A stretch of DNA of 64,000 nucleotides from Archangium sp. (GTDB lineage: Bacteria > Myxococcota > Myxococcia > Myxococcales > Myxococcaceae), in contig JASGKS010000001.1 in assembly GCA_047600485.1 (NCBI GenBank), positions 6,592,259-6,656,258 of the forward strand. Reading direction: 5' to 3'. Position 1 is the stretch's first letter, and each line of letters begins with the position of its first letter. A program made the position numbers and the translations under genes. Below the pieces are notes generated by a model. That model was not told the DNA's origin. It was given only the letters and a program-made list of their open reading frames with translations, and did no database searches. Below, in pieces: positions 1-8,692 of the stretch.

Positions 1-290
1 CCGAGTCTCCCGGACGGCTCTCCGTGCGCCGCGGCCAGCGTCTCGCGCGCTCCGCGCACCGCGACCAGTGCCTGCTGACAACGCTCGAAGAACACCTCGC
101 CCTGTCGCGTGAGCGCCACCGAGCGCGTGGTGCGCGTGAAGAGCGGCTGGCCCAGGTCTTCTTCGAGCGCGGCGATGGCCTTGCTCACCGCCGCCGGGCT
201 CACCTCGAGGCGCGCCGCTGCTCTGCGAAAGCTCTTCTCTTCGGCGACCGCCACGAAGGGCACCACGCCTCGAAACGCGTCCAATTCCAT
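1..290 (-). CDS. LysR-family transcriptional regulator (N-terminal HTH part, runs off window start)
   Basis: Reverse-strand reading from the ATG at 288-290 gives MELDAFRGVVPFVAVAEEKSFRRAAARLEVSPAAVSKAIAALEEDLGQPLFTRTTRSVALTRQGEVFFERC, a classic LysR wHTH. It is divergent from the SDR gene, the usual LysR-target arrangement. Confidence 0.75.
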   Translation of the reverse strand, partial: MELDAFRGVVPFVAVAEEKSFRRAAARLEVSPAAVSKAIAALEEDLGQPLFTRTTRSVALTRQGEVFFERCQQALVAVRGARETLAAAHGEPSGRL

Positions 291-366
291 GCTGTCAACC
301 CGTGGTTAACGAAGTGTCTACTGATGACGCATTGTTTACCACGCCTGCGGGGCGCACTGTGACCGC

Positions 367-1266
367 ATGACCAACACGAACTCGAAGACGAAGACGGCGG
401 TGGTGACCGGCGGTACCTCGGGGCTCGGTGAAGCGGCGACGCTGGCCCTCGCGCAGGCGGGCTGGCGGGTGCTGATCATCGGCCGAGACGCACAACGCGG
501 TGGAGACGTCGCGCGCAAGGCAGGCAACGGCAGCGAGTTCCTGAACGCCGACCTGTTCTCGCTGAACGACGTTCGCAGGCTGGCGGGCGAGATTGCGCGG
601 AGGGCTCCGGCGCTCGACCTGCTGGTGAACAATGCGGGCGGCGTCTTCAGTGCCGGCCCCGCGACCATCGACGGCCTGGAGCGCACCTTCGCGCTCAACG
701 TCGCTGCGCCGCACGTGCTCACCGAGGCGTTGCTCCCGCAGCTGACCGCCGCGAAGGGCCGCGTCATCAACATCGTCACCGGCATTCAGAACGGGTTCTC
801 GGCAAAGCTCGAGCAACTCATCGGCGCGAAGGCGACCGGCGGCATGTTCGGCTACGTGCGCAACAAGCTCGCGCTGCTCACCCTCACCCGCGCGCAGCAG
901 CAGAAATACGGCAGCCGTGGAGTGACGTTCGTCGCGCTGCACCCGGGCATCATTCCGCTCACGCGTTTCGGCACCACGATGACGGGCTTCAACCCGTTCA
1001 CCACCATCGGGCCGTTCTTCGCGAAGTTGTTCCGCTTCGGCGACACGGCGGACACGGCGGCCAAGCGCTACGTCGCGGCGGCCACCGAAGAGGTCGAGGG
1101 CGGCGGCTACTATTACGAGGGGAAGTTGCGGCCCGCTCCGAAGCAGGCGCTCGAGCAGGGCTTCGTCGATTCCATCTGGAAGCTGGTCAATGAGCTTCCC
1201 CTCTCCCGCGAGGGAGAGGGTCAGGGTGAGGGTGAAACAAACGAAGCAAGCGCAGCACACGGCTGA
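367..1266 (+). CDS. Short-chain dehydrogenase/reductase (SDR) family oxidoreductase
   Basis: TGGTSGLG Rossmann motif and NNAG motif. The last ~20 aa (LSREGEGQGEGE...) are encoded by the palindromic repeat, so the C-terminus is probably modified by the repeat insertion. Confidence 0.85.
   Translation: MTNTNSKTKTAVVTGGTSGLGEAATLALAQAGWRVLIIGRDAQRGGDVARKAGNGSEFLNADLFSLNDVRRLAGEIARRAPALDLLVNNAGGVFSAGPATIDGLERTFALNVAAPHVLTEALLPQLTAAKGRVINIVTGIQNGFSAKLEQLIGAKATGGMFGYVRNKLALLTLTRAQQQKYGSRGVTFVALHPGIIPLTRFGTTMTGFNPFTTIGPFFAKLFRFGDTADTAAKRYVAAATEEVEGGGYYYEGKLRPAPKQALEQGFVDSIWKLVNELPLSREGEGQGEGETNEASAAHG
1198..1238. repeat. Palindromic repeat element copy (CCCTCTCCC-GCGA-GGGAGAGGG + GGGTGAGGGTGAAAC)
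   Basis: Perfect 9-bp hairpin arms followed by a G-rich tail. It lies between the convergent SDR and kinase genes. Confidence 0.8.
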
Positions 1267-1297
1267 GCCACGAGGTCTCGAGTCCGTTCTCGCGGGC

Positions 1298-2809
1298 TCA
1301 GAGCTTCAGCTTCAGCGCCGTGGTCTTGCCGGGTTTGATTTCGACCTCGATGGTGGTGCGCAGCTTCCGCTCGTCGTTGATGAGCAGCAGCCGGTGTTTC
1401 CCCGCCGGCAACGACACGTTCGTCAGCGGCGTCTCACCGAGGTTCTTCTTGCCGAAGTAGACGTTCGACCACGGCGAGGTGACGAGCGAGAGCTTCCCCT
1501 TCGCCTTCGGCTTCGCGGCCTTCTTGCCCGGGCCCGCGTCGACCACGAGGTCGTCGGGCAGCTCATCGTCTTCTTCCACCGCGAGCACCGGAGCACCGGC
1601 ATCGACCACCACCGGCGCGACAGGCTCAGGAGCCGGCGGCGGCGGCTCGGGCGGAACGTTCTTCACCAGCGGCTCAGGCGCCTTCACTTCCGCGCGAGGC
1701 CACATCGCGAACGCCAGCGCGCTCAACCCCAGCACCACCAGGCCCGCGACCCCGGCGATGAGCGCACCGCGCCGGCGACCACGAGGCGTGCGCGTGACGG
1801 TCGAGACGCGCGAGTTCTGCACGACGGGAAAGCCACCCGAGACCGACGTCGGCACCTTGCGCGACTCCGGCGGAAACGTGGCCTGCATGAAGGTCGCCAG
1901 CGCTTCGCTCGACGGCAGCGTCTGCGAGATGGTCTGCAGGTACGCGGTCAACGTGTCGCGCACCTCGGCCATCGACGCGTAGCGACCGTCAGGCTCGCGC
2001 GACATCATCTTCGCGACGATGGCGCTCACCTCTTCGGGAACGCTCGGCTCGCGCTGGTGCGGCGTCTCGTACGGTTCACTCTTCGTCGCCACGAGACGGA
2101 ACAGGTCCATCTCCTTGAGCGGCGGATACATGCGGGTGTGCGTGAGCATCTCGAACAGCGTCACGCCGAGCGCGAATTGATCAGCCCGCGCGTCGATCAA
2201 CTCTCCGCGCGCCTGCTCGGGCGGCATGTACGAGAGCTTGCCGCGCAGCTGCCCCGCCTCGGTCGCGTTGGAGCGCGTCGCCGCCTTCGCGATGCCGAAG
2301 TCGAGCAGCTTCGGTACGCCCTCGTACGTCACCATCAGGTTCTGCGGAGACACGTCGCGGTGAATGATGTTGAGCGGCCGCCCCGCGTCGTCGACCCGGG
2401 TGTGCGCGTAGTGAAGCGCGTCGGCCGCATCGCGAACGATCTTCACCGCCAGCTCGACCGGCAGCCGCACGTTGGCGCGCGTCACGGCGCGCATGAGGTG
2501 CTGCACCGTCTGGCCGTCGATGAACTCCATCGCCACGTAGAAGCTCTCGTCGCGTTCCCCGAGCTCGAACACCTGCGCGATGTGAGGGTGCGAGAGCCCC
2601 GCCATCAACCGCGCCTCGTCGAGGAACATCGCGACGAACTGCGGCTGTTCCGCGAGCGTGCCGGTCATGCGCTTCAACGCGATGCGCTTTTGAAAGCCCT
2701 GCGGGCCGTCGAGCTTGGCGAGCCACACCTCGGCCATGCCGCCCACCGCGATGGGGCTGATCAGCGTGTACTGGCCGAAGCGCTGATTGAGCTGAAACGG
2801 CACCGCCAT
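1298..2809 (-). CDS. Ser/Thr protein kinase with C-terminal PEGA domain
   Basis: GxGxxA loop (VGGMAEV), AxK, HRDVSPQN catalytic loop, DFG and PPE motifs. There is a central TM helix and a C-terminal PEGA-like module (SPWSNVYFGKKNLGETPL...GKHRLLL). Confidence 0.9.
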   Translation of the reverse strand: MAVPFQLNQRFGQYTLISPIAVGGMAEVWLAKLDGPQGFQKRIALKRMTGTLAEQPQFVAMFLDEARLMAGLSHPHIAQVFELGERDESFYVAMEFIDGQTVQHLMRAVTRANVRLPVELAVKIVRDAADALHYAHTRVDDAGRPLNIIHRDVSPQNLMVTYEGVPKLLDFGIAKAATRSNATEAGQLRGKLSYMPPEQARGELIDARADQFALGVTLFEMLTHTRMYPPLKEMDLFRLVATKSEPYETPHQREPSVPEEVSAIVAKMMSREPDGRYASMAEVRDTLTAYLQTISQTLPSSEALATFMQATFPPESRKVPTSVSGGFPVVQNSRVSTVTRTPRGRRRGALIAGVAGLVVLGLSALAFAMWPRAEVKAPEPLVKNVPPEPPPPAPEPVAPVVVDAGAPVLAVEEDDELPDDLVVDAGPGKKAAKPKAKGKLSLVTSPWSNVYFGKKNLGETPLTNVSLPAGKHRLLLINDERKLRTTIEVEIKPGKTTALKLKL

Positions 2810-2859
2810 CGAGCAAAAGCGTAGCCCACCCCGGAGCGCACTGGAGGATACTGACCCTC

Positions 2860-3825
2860 GTGTTCACCGCGGTGCTCCTGCTCACGCTGACCGCTGCGCC
2901 GCCGGAGCTGCGCAAGGCCACGCAGGCGCTCGACGACTTCCGCTACGACGAAGCGTTGAAGCTGCTGCCGCAGGAAGGCGCGATTCAGAACTACGAACGC
3001 GCCGAGCTGACGGAGTGGTTCTCGACGTCCGCGCTCGCGCTGCTCAACCTGAAGCGAGAGAACGAGGCGACGCGGCGCTTCCTGCAGCTCTTCAGCTTCG
3101 CTCCGGAGTGGGTGCTGCCCGACCAGTACGGACCGCGCGTGCAGACGCTGGTGGCGAAGACGCGCGCCGACGCCGCTCGCAACGGCGTGGTGAGCGTGCG
3201 CTTCGAGGGCGGCCTGCTGCGCACCACCAGTGACTCGCTCGGCCTCGCGTCTGCTCTCGCCGTGTCGTGGCGCGTGAAGGACGGCGTCGTCGAGCGCGCG
3301 TTGCTCGAGCTCAAACCCGCGCAGCAACCACCGTGGCCGCGCGGCACCGCCGTCGAAGCGTGGGCTCGCGTGGTCGGACTCTCCGGCTCGACGCTCGCGA
3401 CGTGGGGCAGCGAGAACGAGCCGGTGCACCTCGAGCCGATGACGGTGCAGGTGAGCGGGAGGGAGGCTCCGGTCGCGACGTCGGGCACCGGCTTGCGCGC
3501 GCCCGGCTTCATCGGCCTTGGTGCGCTCGGTGGAGCAGCGGTGAGCGCGGTGCTGGGCATCGGCTTCGCGCTCGGTTCGCAAGATGCGCAACGCGCGCTC
3601 GGCGGCGTGACGCGCGACATGGACGGCCGCATCACGTCACTCACGCAGCGCGACGCGTTCGCGCTCGATGCGCGCGCGCGCAGTGACGCGACCGCCGCGG
3701 GAGTGCTCTTCACCGTCGCGGGCGTGCTCGCTGCGGGCGGCGTCGGGCTGTTGCTCTTCGATCGACTCACCGTGGTGCCCACGCCCGGTGGCGTGGCCAT
3801 GGTGCTGCGCACGGAGTCGCCATGA
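2860..3825 (+). CDS. Hypothetical membrane protein
   Basis: GTG start with a GGAGGA SD 10 nt upstream. C-terminal hydrophobic segments. The stop overlaps the next gene start (ATGA). Confidence 0.5.
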   Translation: MFTAVLLLTLTAAPPELRKATQALDDFRYDEALKLLPQEGAIQNYERAELTEWFSTSALALLNLKRENEATRRFLQLFSFAPEWVLPDQYGPRVQTLVAKTRADAARNGVVSVRFEGGLLRTTSDSLGLASALAVSWRVKDGVVERALLELKPAQQPPWPRGTAVEAWARVVGLSGSTLATWGSENEPVHLEPMTVQVSGREAPVATSGTGLRAPGFIGLGALGGAAVSAVLGIGFALGSQDAQRALGGVTRDMDGRITSLTQRDAFALDARARSDATAAGVLFTVAGVLAAGGVGLLLFDRLTVVPTPGGVAMVLRTESP

Positions 3826-4919
3826 AGCGGCTGCTCTTCATCGCCTCGTGTGCCGCGGTCATCGTGGCGTGCGGGAAAGTCGTCTTCACCAACGAGCGCT
3901 TCGCGTGCGCGACGAGCGGCGACTGCGCGGACGGTTTCAGCTGCGTGTCGGGAGAGTGCTCGACCGGTTCCGCAGAAGACGGCGGCGCTGGCGGTGGCGG
4001 TGCGACCGGCGGCGGTGGAGGCGTCACCGGTGGTGGCGGCGGCGGCGGCGCGACTGGTGGAGGTGGCACCGATGGCGGTCGTCCCGCGGGCACGGTTTGC
4101 ACCACCACTGCGCAGTGCCTCGGCGGGCTCACGTGCGTCGACGGCGTGTGCTGCCTGAGCGCGTGCAACTCGGCGTGCGACACGTGCAACCAGGCGAGCA
4201 ACCCGGGCACGTGTCTGCCCTCACCCGCCGGCACCGCGGTCGCGTCGTGCAACGGCTTCGCGTGTAACGGCAGCAGCGCAACGTGCCCGACCACCTGCTC
4301 CTCCGACGCCGGAGTCAACGCGTGCAGCCCCGGCTTCTCCTGCCTCGCGCCGAGCTGCAGCCGCTGCTGGTCGGGCGTCACCAATTCCTTCTCGATGGCG
4401 AGCGACCCCGCGTGGACGCAGTCGGGCACCAACACGGCGAGCGGCACGCTGTCGGTCTCGATTCAGAGCCGCGCGAACATGGCGGTGTCCGCGTCAGCCA
4501 TCTCGACCGACACGCTGCCGCTGAATGACTGCGGCGTGAGCTTCGCGCTGGTCGCCGCTCCGGCGGCCGTCGCGGGTTACCAGGGCCACGCGGTGCTGCG
4601 CGCTTCGGGAGGAACTCAGCGCCCGTCGTTCGGTTGGCGGTTCGACACGCGCGGGCTCGTCGCCGACTGGGCGCTCTCCGACGGAGGCACCGGAGAGCAG
4701 GTCATCACCACCACTCCGCCGATGTGGCTGCGCATCGAGCACAGCGGCGGTCAGGTGCGGTGGCGCACCACGAGCGGCACGACGTTCAACACGGTGCAGA
4801 CGGTTCAAGTCTCCGAGCGACTCGACGCGATGAAGCTCGAGTTCAACGCGTCCTTCCCCGCGCAGTCGGGCAACAACACCGTCACCTACGAAATCGACTC
4901 GCTCAACCTCGGGCCGTGA
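3822..4919 (+). CDS. Secreted Cys-rich lipoprotein with Gly-rich linker
   Basis: Signal peptide plus lipobox (IVAC|G), a poly-Gly/Thr linker, a Cys-rich module and a C-terminal beta-rich domain. Confidence 0.65.
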   Translation: MKRLLFIASCAAVIVACGKVVFTNERFACATSGDCADGFSCVSGECSTGSAEDGGAGGGGATGGGGGVTGGGGGGGATGGGGTDGGRPAGTVCTTTAQCLGGLTCVDGVCCLSACNSACDTCNQASNPGTCLPSPAGTAVASCNGFACNGSSATCPTTCSSDAGVNACSPGFSCLAPSCSRCWSGVTNSFSMASDPAWTQSGTNTASGTLSVSIQSRANMAVSASAISTDTLPLNDCGVSFALVAAPAAVAGYQGHAVLRASGGTQRPSFGWRFDTRGLVADWALSDGGTGEQVITTTPPMWLRIEHSGGQVRWRTTSGTTFNTVQTVQVSERLDAMKLEFNASFPAQSGNNTVTYEIDSLNLGP

Positions 4920-5658
4920 CGGCCGGCGTTTCTTTCGCGCGGCGGCGCAGGTTGAGCAGCTCGACGAGCACCGAGAAGCCCATCGCGAAATAGATGTAGC
5001 CCTTGCTGATGTGCTGGCCGAGCGCTTCACCGACGAGGAGCGCGCCGATGAGCAACAGGAACGCGAGCGCCAGCACCTTCATCGACGGGTGCTTCTCGAC
5101 GAACGCGCCGATGCTGCCGGCGAACGCCATCATCGAGGTCACCGCGACCAGCATCGCGACCACCATCACCGGCACGTCTTCCACCATGCCGACCGCGGTG
5201 GCGATGGAGTCGATGCTGAACACCAGGTCGATGCCGATGATCTGCGCGATGGCGCCGAACGCGCTGTTCGCCGATTTCTTCGCGGCGTCTTCGCCGGCCT
5301 TCGCCTCGGCGTGGTCTTCCTTGTTCTCGACCTTCTCGTAGATCTCCCGCGTCGCCTTCCACATCAGGAACAGGCCACCCGCGAGGAGGATGAGGTGCTT
5401 CCACGTCACGCCGTGATCTCCGAAATGAAAGAGCACGGTCGTCAGATGCATGATCCAGCTGATGCCGAACAACATGCCGACGCGGAGCACGAGCGCGGCG
5501 CCGACTCCGATGCGCGTGATGCTGCGGCGTTGATCAGCCGGGAGCTTTCCCGTCAGCACGCTGATGAACACCAGGTTGTCGATGCCCAGCACCACCTCCA
5601 TCGCCGTGAGGCTGATGAGTGCGGTCCAGGTTTCAGGTTTGAGGAACGTCTCGATCAT
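4903..5658 (-). CDS. TerC-family integral membrane protein
   Basis: Paired TerC motifs (GIDNLVFIS ... GIDLVFSIDSI) and about 7 TM helices. Start chosen at MIETFLK; the ORF extends to 5727, but the extension looks non-native. Confidence 0.8.
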   Translation of the reverse strand: MIETFLKPETWTALISLTAMEVVLGIDNLVFISVLTGKLPADQRRSITRIGVGAALVLRVGMLFGISWIMHLTTVLFHFGDHGVTWKHLILLAGGLFLMWKATREIYEKVENKEDHAEAKAGEDAAKKSANSAFGAIAQIIGIDLVFSIDSIATAVGMVEDVPVMVVAMLVAVTSMMAFAGSIGAFVEKHPSMKVLALAFLLLIGALLVGEALGQHISKGYIYFAMGFSVLVELLNLRRRAKETPAVTARG

Positions 5659-5769
5659 CGGGCCAGATTCGTAACGCACTGGTCCCATCGCGCAATCCAA
5701 CTGGTTGAGCCCCGCACAGACCGTCACTTCTGCGCTTGCGCTCGATCGACAGGCTTGAGGTTTTCGCGC

Positions 5770-7182
5770 TCACCTCGTGAACGTGCAACGACACACGAAG
5801 TGACCGCACACGCCGCACGCGAAACCGTCGTTCAGCGCCGGAAGCCCGCACGCTGAGCAGCGCCGCATCGTCAGCTTGAGACGAAAACCGGTCGAGTGGG
5901 TGTCGGGGAGCGACGCTTCAGTGTCGACCGTCGGGTGCTTGCAGGGACCCTTTCCGTACGTGCGTGTGCGCACGACGTATTTGAGGCCCTTGCACGAGGT
6001 ACAGGTCTGGCGCGGCTCGCACTGGAAGGTACCCCCCGTGAGGTAGTTGTCGCCGACACCGGTTCCGTTGCATTCGGTGCACGTCGTCTCGCCCTTCTCG
6101 TCGCACTGCGTGCACGGTGGACCAAGCAGCACGGCAAACGGGAGCGTGCGCTCGCCCGAAGTCATGCGCGCCCGGGGAAAGCGCGCGTCTTCGATCGGCG
6201 AGGTGACGTCGTCGAGCGGCGCGTCGAACGGAGCGAACGTCCACCACGTGCCCGCCGGGTGCTCGAGCTTCAACGACTCGCGAAGCGCGTCGGCGCGAGC
6301 TCCCAACCGCTCACTCGCGTCGACTTCGCGGGCAGCCGCCGCGCGCATCCCCTTGCGAAGGAGTGCCGCGGCCCAGTCGAGGCGCATCTGTGGCTCCCGA
6401 GGTGATGCCTTCGCCGACCTCCAGCATTCGTCCGCCGCGGGATCAGGCGCGGTCGCGGGACGATCGGGCTTCGCGCCGCGATCGAGGAGCAGGTCGACGA
6501 GAACCTGATGCCCGTTCTCTTCCGCGACGGTGAGCGCGGTGCCGAAGAAGTGACGGAAGTTCGGGTCGGCTCCGCGATCGAGCAGCTCGCGCGCGGCGTC
6601 GACGTCTCCCACTTTGCAGACCGCGGTCAGGATGCTCGCGCCCGTGCACTGCGCGTTCGGATCGATGCCACGCTTCACGAGGAGCGCGAGGATCTGACGC
6701 CCGAGGTCCTGACGGTGCAACGCCGTGGAGATGACGTCCGTTTCCTTGAGGCTCGCGCCGCGGTCGAGCACCAACTCGATCATCTCGAGCGAGCTCTCCC
6801 GACACGCTCGCTCCAGCGGCCCGAGCCGGCTGTATTGCCCGCGATGGTTCAGGTTCGAGCCGGCGTCGAGCAGGAACCGCGCGGCCTCGACCCGGCTGTT
6901 CTCGATGGCGGCGAAGAGCGCGGTGTCACCGGGTGGATCGATGACGGCGCCCTCGGCGAGCAGCGAACGCAGCTTCGCGACGTCGCCCGACGCGGCCGCC
7001 TCGATGAGGCTCTTCGCTCGTGCGCGCTGCTTCCACGGCAACTCGCTGGTCGGTCTCACGTTTCCGGCAAGGCGTTCCGCGGTCAGCACGACCAGGTCTT
7101 CGACGCTCACCATGTTCCGACGCACGGCCTCGACCTCGTCGCGATCGATCGAATCCGGCTCCGCGGTTGGAAGGACTCGCAT
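5770..7182 (-). CDS. Ankyrin-repeat protein with C-terminal DnaJ-type CxxCxGxG zinc-finger module
   Basis: About 5 ankyrin repeats (DTALFAAIENSRVEAARFLLDAGSNLN...), then CTQCDEKG / CTECNGTG / CTSCKGLK / CSACG / CGVCG. The 5' 91 codons of the long ORF are low-complexity; the start is uncertain (7182 or 7113). Confidence 0.65.
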   Translation of the reverse strand: MRVLPTAEPDSIDRDEVEAVRRNMVSVEDLVVLTAERLAGNVRPTSELPWKQRARAKSLIEAAASGDVAKLRSLLAEGAVIDPPGDTALFAAIENSRVEAARFLLDAGSNLNHRGQYSRLGPLERACRESSLEMIELVLDRGASLKETDVISTALHRQDLGRQILALLVKRGIDPNAQCTGASILTAVCKVGDVDAARELLDRGADPNFRHFFGTALTVAEENGHQVLVDLLLDRGAKPDRPATAPDPAADECWRSAKASPREPQMRLDWAAALLRKGMRAAAAREVDASERLGARADALRESLKLEHPAGTWWTFAPFDAPLDDVTSPIEDARFPRARMTSGERTLPFAVLLGPPCTQCDEKGETTCTECNGTGVGDNYLTGGTFQCEPRQTCTSCKGLKYVVRTRTYGKGPCKHPTVDTEASLPDTHSTGFRLKLTMRRCSACGLPALNDGFACGVCGHFVCRCTFTR

Positions 7183-7657
7183 ACTCGGCTTCCGCGCTGC
7201 TGAGGTTCGCGGTTGCACGCTCGAGCAGCAGAGCGCCGAGCGAATCACCGAGGCGTGTCGCGACGCCCCCGTCCGGAAAGTCGCCCGACACCCCGAAGAC
7301 GGTCGACCGTCCGGCGGCCAGCTCGTCGCTGCGGTAGCAAACGTACTGTGGGCCGCGTGAAGCGTAGACCCTGACCAGCGCGATGAGTCGGGGGTCGATG
7401 GCCGCGATTCGCTTCTCGGCCCTGTCCTGGTACGGGAGGTCCTCGCGCGGACCACCTCGAGCCAGTGGCCTGAGAAGCTCCCACGGAGTCAGCAGCGAGT
7501 CCGACGGCTCCGCGTCGTCGACTTCCATGTCTGCGATGACGAACGCTTCGACGGGAAACGGAACGCCGTAGCAGGCGAGCAGAATCTCCTCGTTCGACCG
7601 ACCCGCTTCGAGCATCGAGCGAGCCAGCTTCGCCTTCGATGCGAGATCCGCCGGCAT
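6926..7657 (-). CDS. Hypothetical protein; 3' boundary uncertain, overlaps the ankyrin gene
   Basis: Its ATG overlaps the upstream stop (TGATG), suggesting translational coupling. The first ~165 aa look protein-like and the tail is low-complexity, so a frameshift or fusion with the ankyrin gene is possible. Confidence 0.4.
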   Translation of the reverse strand: MPADLASKAKLARSMLEAGRSNEEILLACYGVPFPVEAFVIADMEVDDAEPSDSLLTPWELLRPLARGGPREDLPYQDRAEKRIAAIDPRLIALVRVYASRGPQYVCYRSDELAAGRSTVFGVSGDFPDGGVATRLGDSLGALLLERATANLSSAEAEYASPSNRGAGFDRSRRGRGRASEHGERRRPGRADRGTPCRKRETDQRVAVEAARTSEEPHRGGRVGRRREAAFAARRGRRHRSTR

Positions 7658-7959
7658 CAGTACCGCGGCGCTCCGGTGGTGCAGTCGAGTTCGACGCGCG
7701 TTCCGCCGACGCTCACTTCGGCGCTCGTGCTCGAGCGACTGACCTGGGCTTTTCCAGCTCGCGTCGAGACGTCGCTCAGCTTTCCGCTGAAGCCCGACAG
7801 ACACGCCGAGCGCGCGAGCCACATCGCCTGCGTGCGCGCGCTCGCGTCACGTCGCCCGGCGTCAGCGATGGAGAAGCGCGTGAGGAACACCGTCACGAGC
7901 GTGATGGCGACCACGATCGCCACCATCACCAGCAACAACACATGGCCGCGGCGTTTCAT
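7657..7959 (-). CDS. Small membrane protein in the pilus/T2SS-like operon
   Basis: N-terminal hydrophobic helix (MKRRGHVLLLVMVAIVVAITLVTVFL). Its ATG overlaps the upstream stop (ATGA). Confidence 0.5.
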   Translation of the reverse strand: MKRRGHVLLLVMVAIVVAITLVTVFLTRFSIADAGRRDASARTQAMWLARSACLSGFSGKLSDVSTRAGKAQVSRSSTSAEVSVGGTRVELDCTTGAPRY

Positions 7960-8327
7960 GGAATGAACACCTCGAAGGTCTGCGCCTGCGTCTCTGAATC
8001 GCGGAGCGTGAAGGCCACCGTCGCGCCGCTCGCGTTCTGTTCGAACTTCGTGACGTGACGCGCGAGCACCAACTCGGTGCCGCACGCCGAGCGCACGACC
8101 TTGTCTCCGTCGAGGCGATACGTCACCGCGCATTCCGGACGGGCCACGCGGTCGAGCTCACGCTGCTCCGAGAGCGTGCGAATCGACGACGCCGCTTCGA
8201 GCTGCCACAGCGCGCGGTCGTGACGCGCCTGCAACGTGCGGATGAAGAGGTAGCAGGCGGGAACGAGCAACGCCGAGATGGACAGACAGATGGCCAGCTC
8301 GACCGTGGTGAACGCGCGGCGCTTCAT
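7956..8327 (-). CDS. Minor pseudopilin (prepilin-type N-terminal methylation domain)
   Basis: MKRRA|FTTVELAICL prepilin class III motif with Glu at +5. Confidence 0.75.
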   Translation of the reverse strand: MKRRAFTTVELAICLSISALLVPACYLFIRTLQARHDRALWQLEAASSIRTLSEQRELDRVARPECAVTYRLDGDKVVRSACGTELVLARHVTKFEQNASGATVAFTLRDSETQAQTFEVFIP

Positions 8328-8692
8328 GGCGCACCCGGCTTTCTCAGGCCCGTGAGCGCGACCTCGAGCGGAGTGCCGCTGCGCGACTTCCAGCTCACGA
8401 GGAAGGTCACCGCGTTGGGCGTCGGTGCATTGCCGTCGATGAACTGCAGCTCGCGCACTTCGACGCCTGGGAGTCCGTCTTCGAGCTTCGCGCGCGTCGC
8501 GGCGTCGAGCGGCTTGCCCGTCGCCGCGGCGCGAATGAGCTCACCGGCGAACACTTCGGCGCGTGCGCGCTGTAGCTCTTCGAGTGCGCGTCGCTCCGAG
8601 ATGTTCGAGATGGCGTCGAAGAGCAGACCGCTGAGGCTCAGCGTCGCGACGCACACCATCAGCTCGACCAATGTCATTCCACGACGGTTCAC
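8324..8692 (-). CDS. Minor pseudopilin (prepilin-type N-terminal domain)
   Basis: MNRRG|MTLVELMVCV motif. Overlapping stop/start on both sides. Confidence 0.75.
   Translation of the reverse strand: MNRRGMTLVELMVCVATLSLSGLLFDAISNISERRALEELQRARAEVFAGELIRAAATGKPLDAATRAKLEDGLPGVEVRELQFIDGNAPTPNAVTFLVSWKSRSGTPLEVALTGLRKPGAP

Noticed and set aside
1190-2824. Long antisense or alternative-frame ORFs. Examples are 1190-2824+, 20188-21222-, 22744-24117+, 26359-28119-, 29597-31009+, 33287-34978+, 41089-42792+, 45465-46961- and 61322-63031-.
   Set aside because: They lie opposite to, or out of frame with, genes that have clear domain signatures. They are Arg/Ala/Gly/His-rich and lack motifs, which is the expected stop-codon-poor artefact of high-GC DNA.
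5770-7455. The full 561-aa ORF taken as the ankyrin protein.
   Set aside because: The first ~91 codons are Ser/Arg/Thr low-complexity sequence and overlap the upstream gene. An internal start (7182 or 7113) is more plausible.
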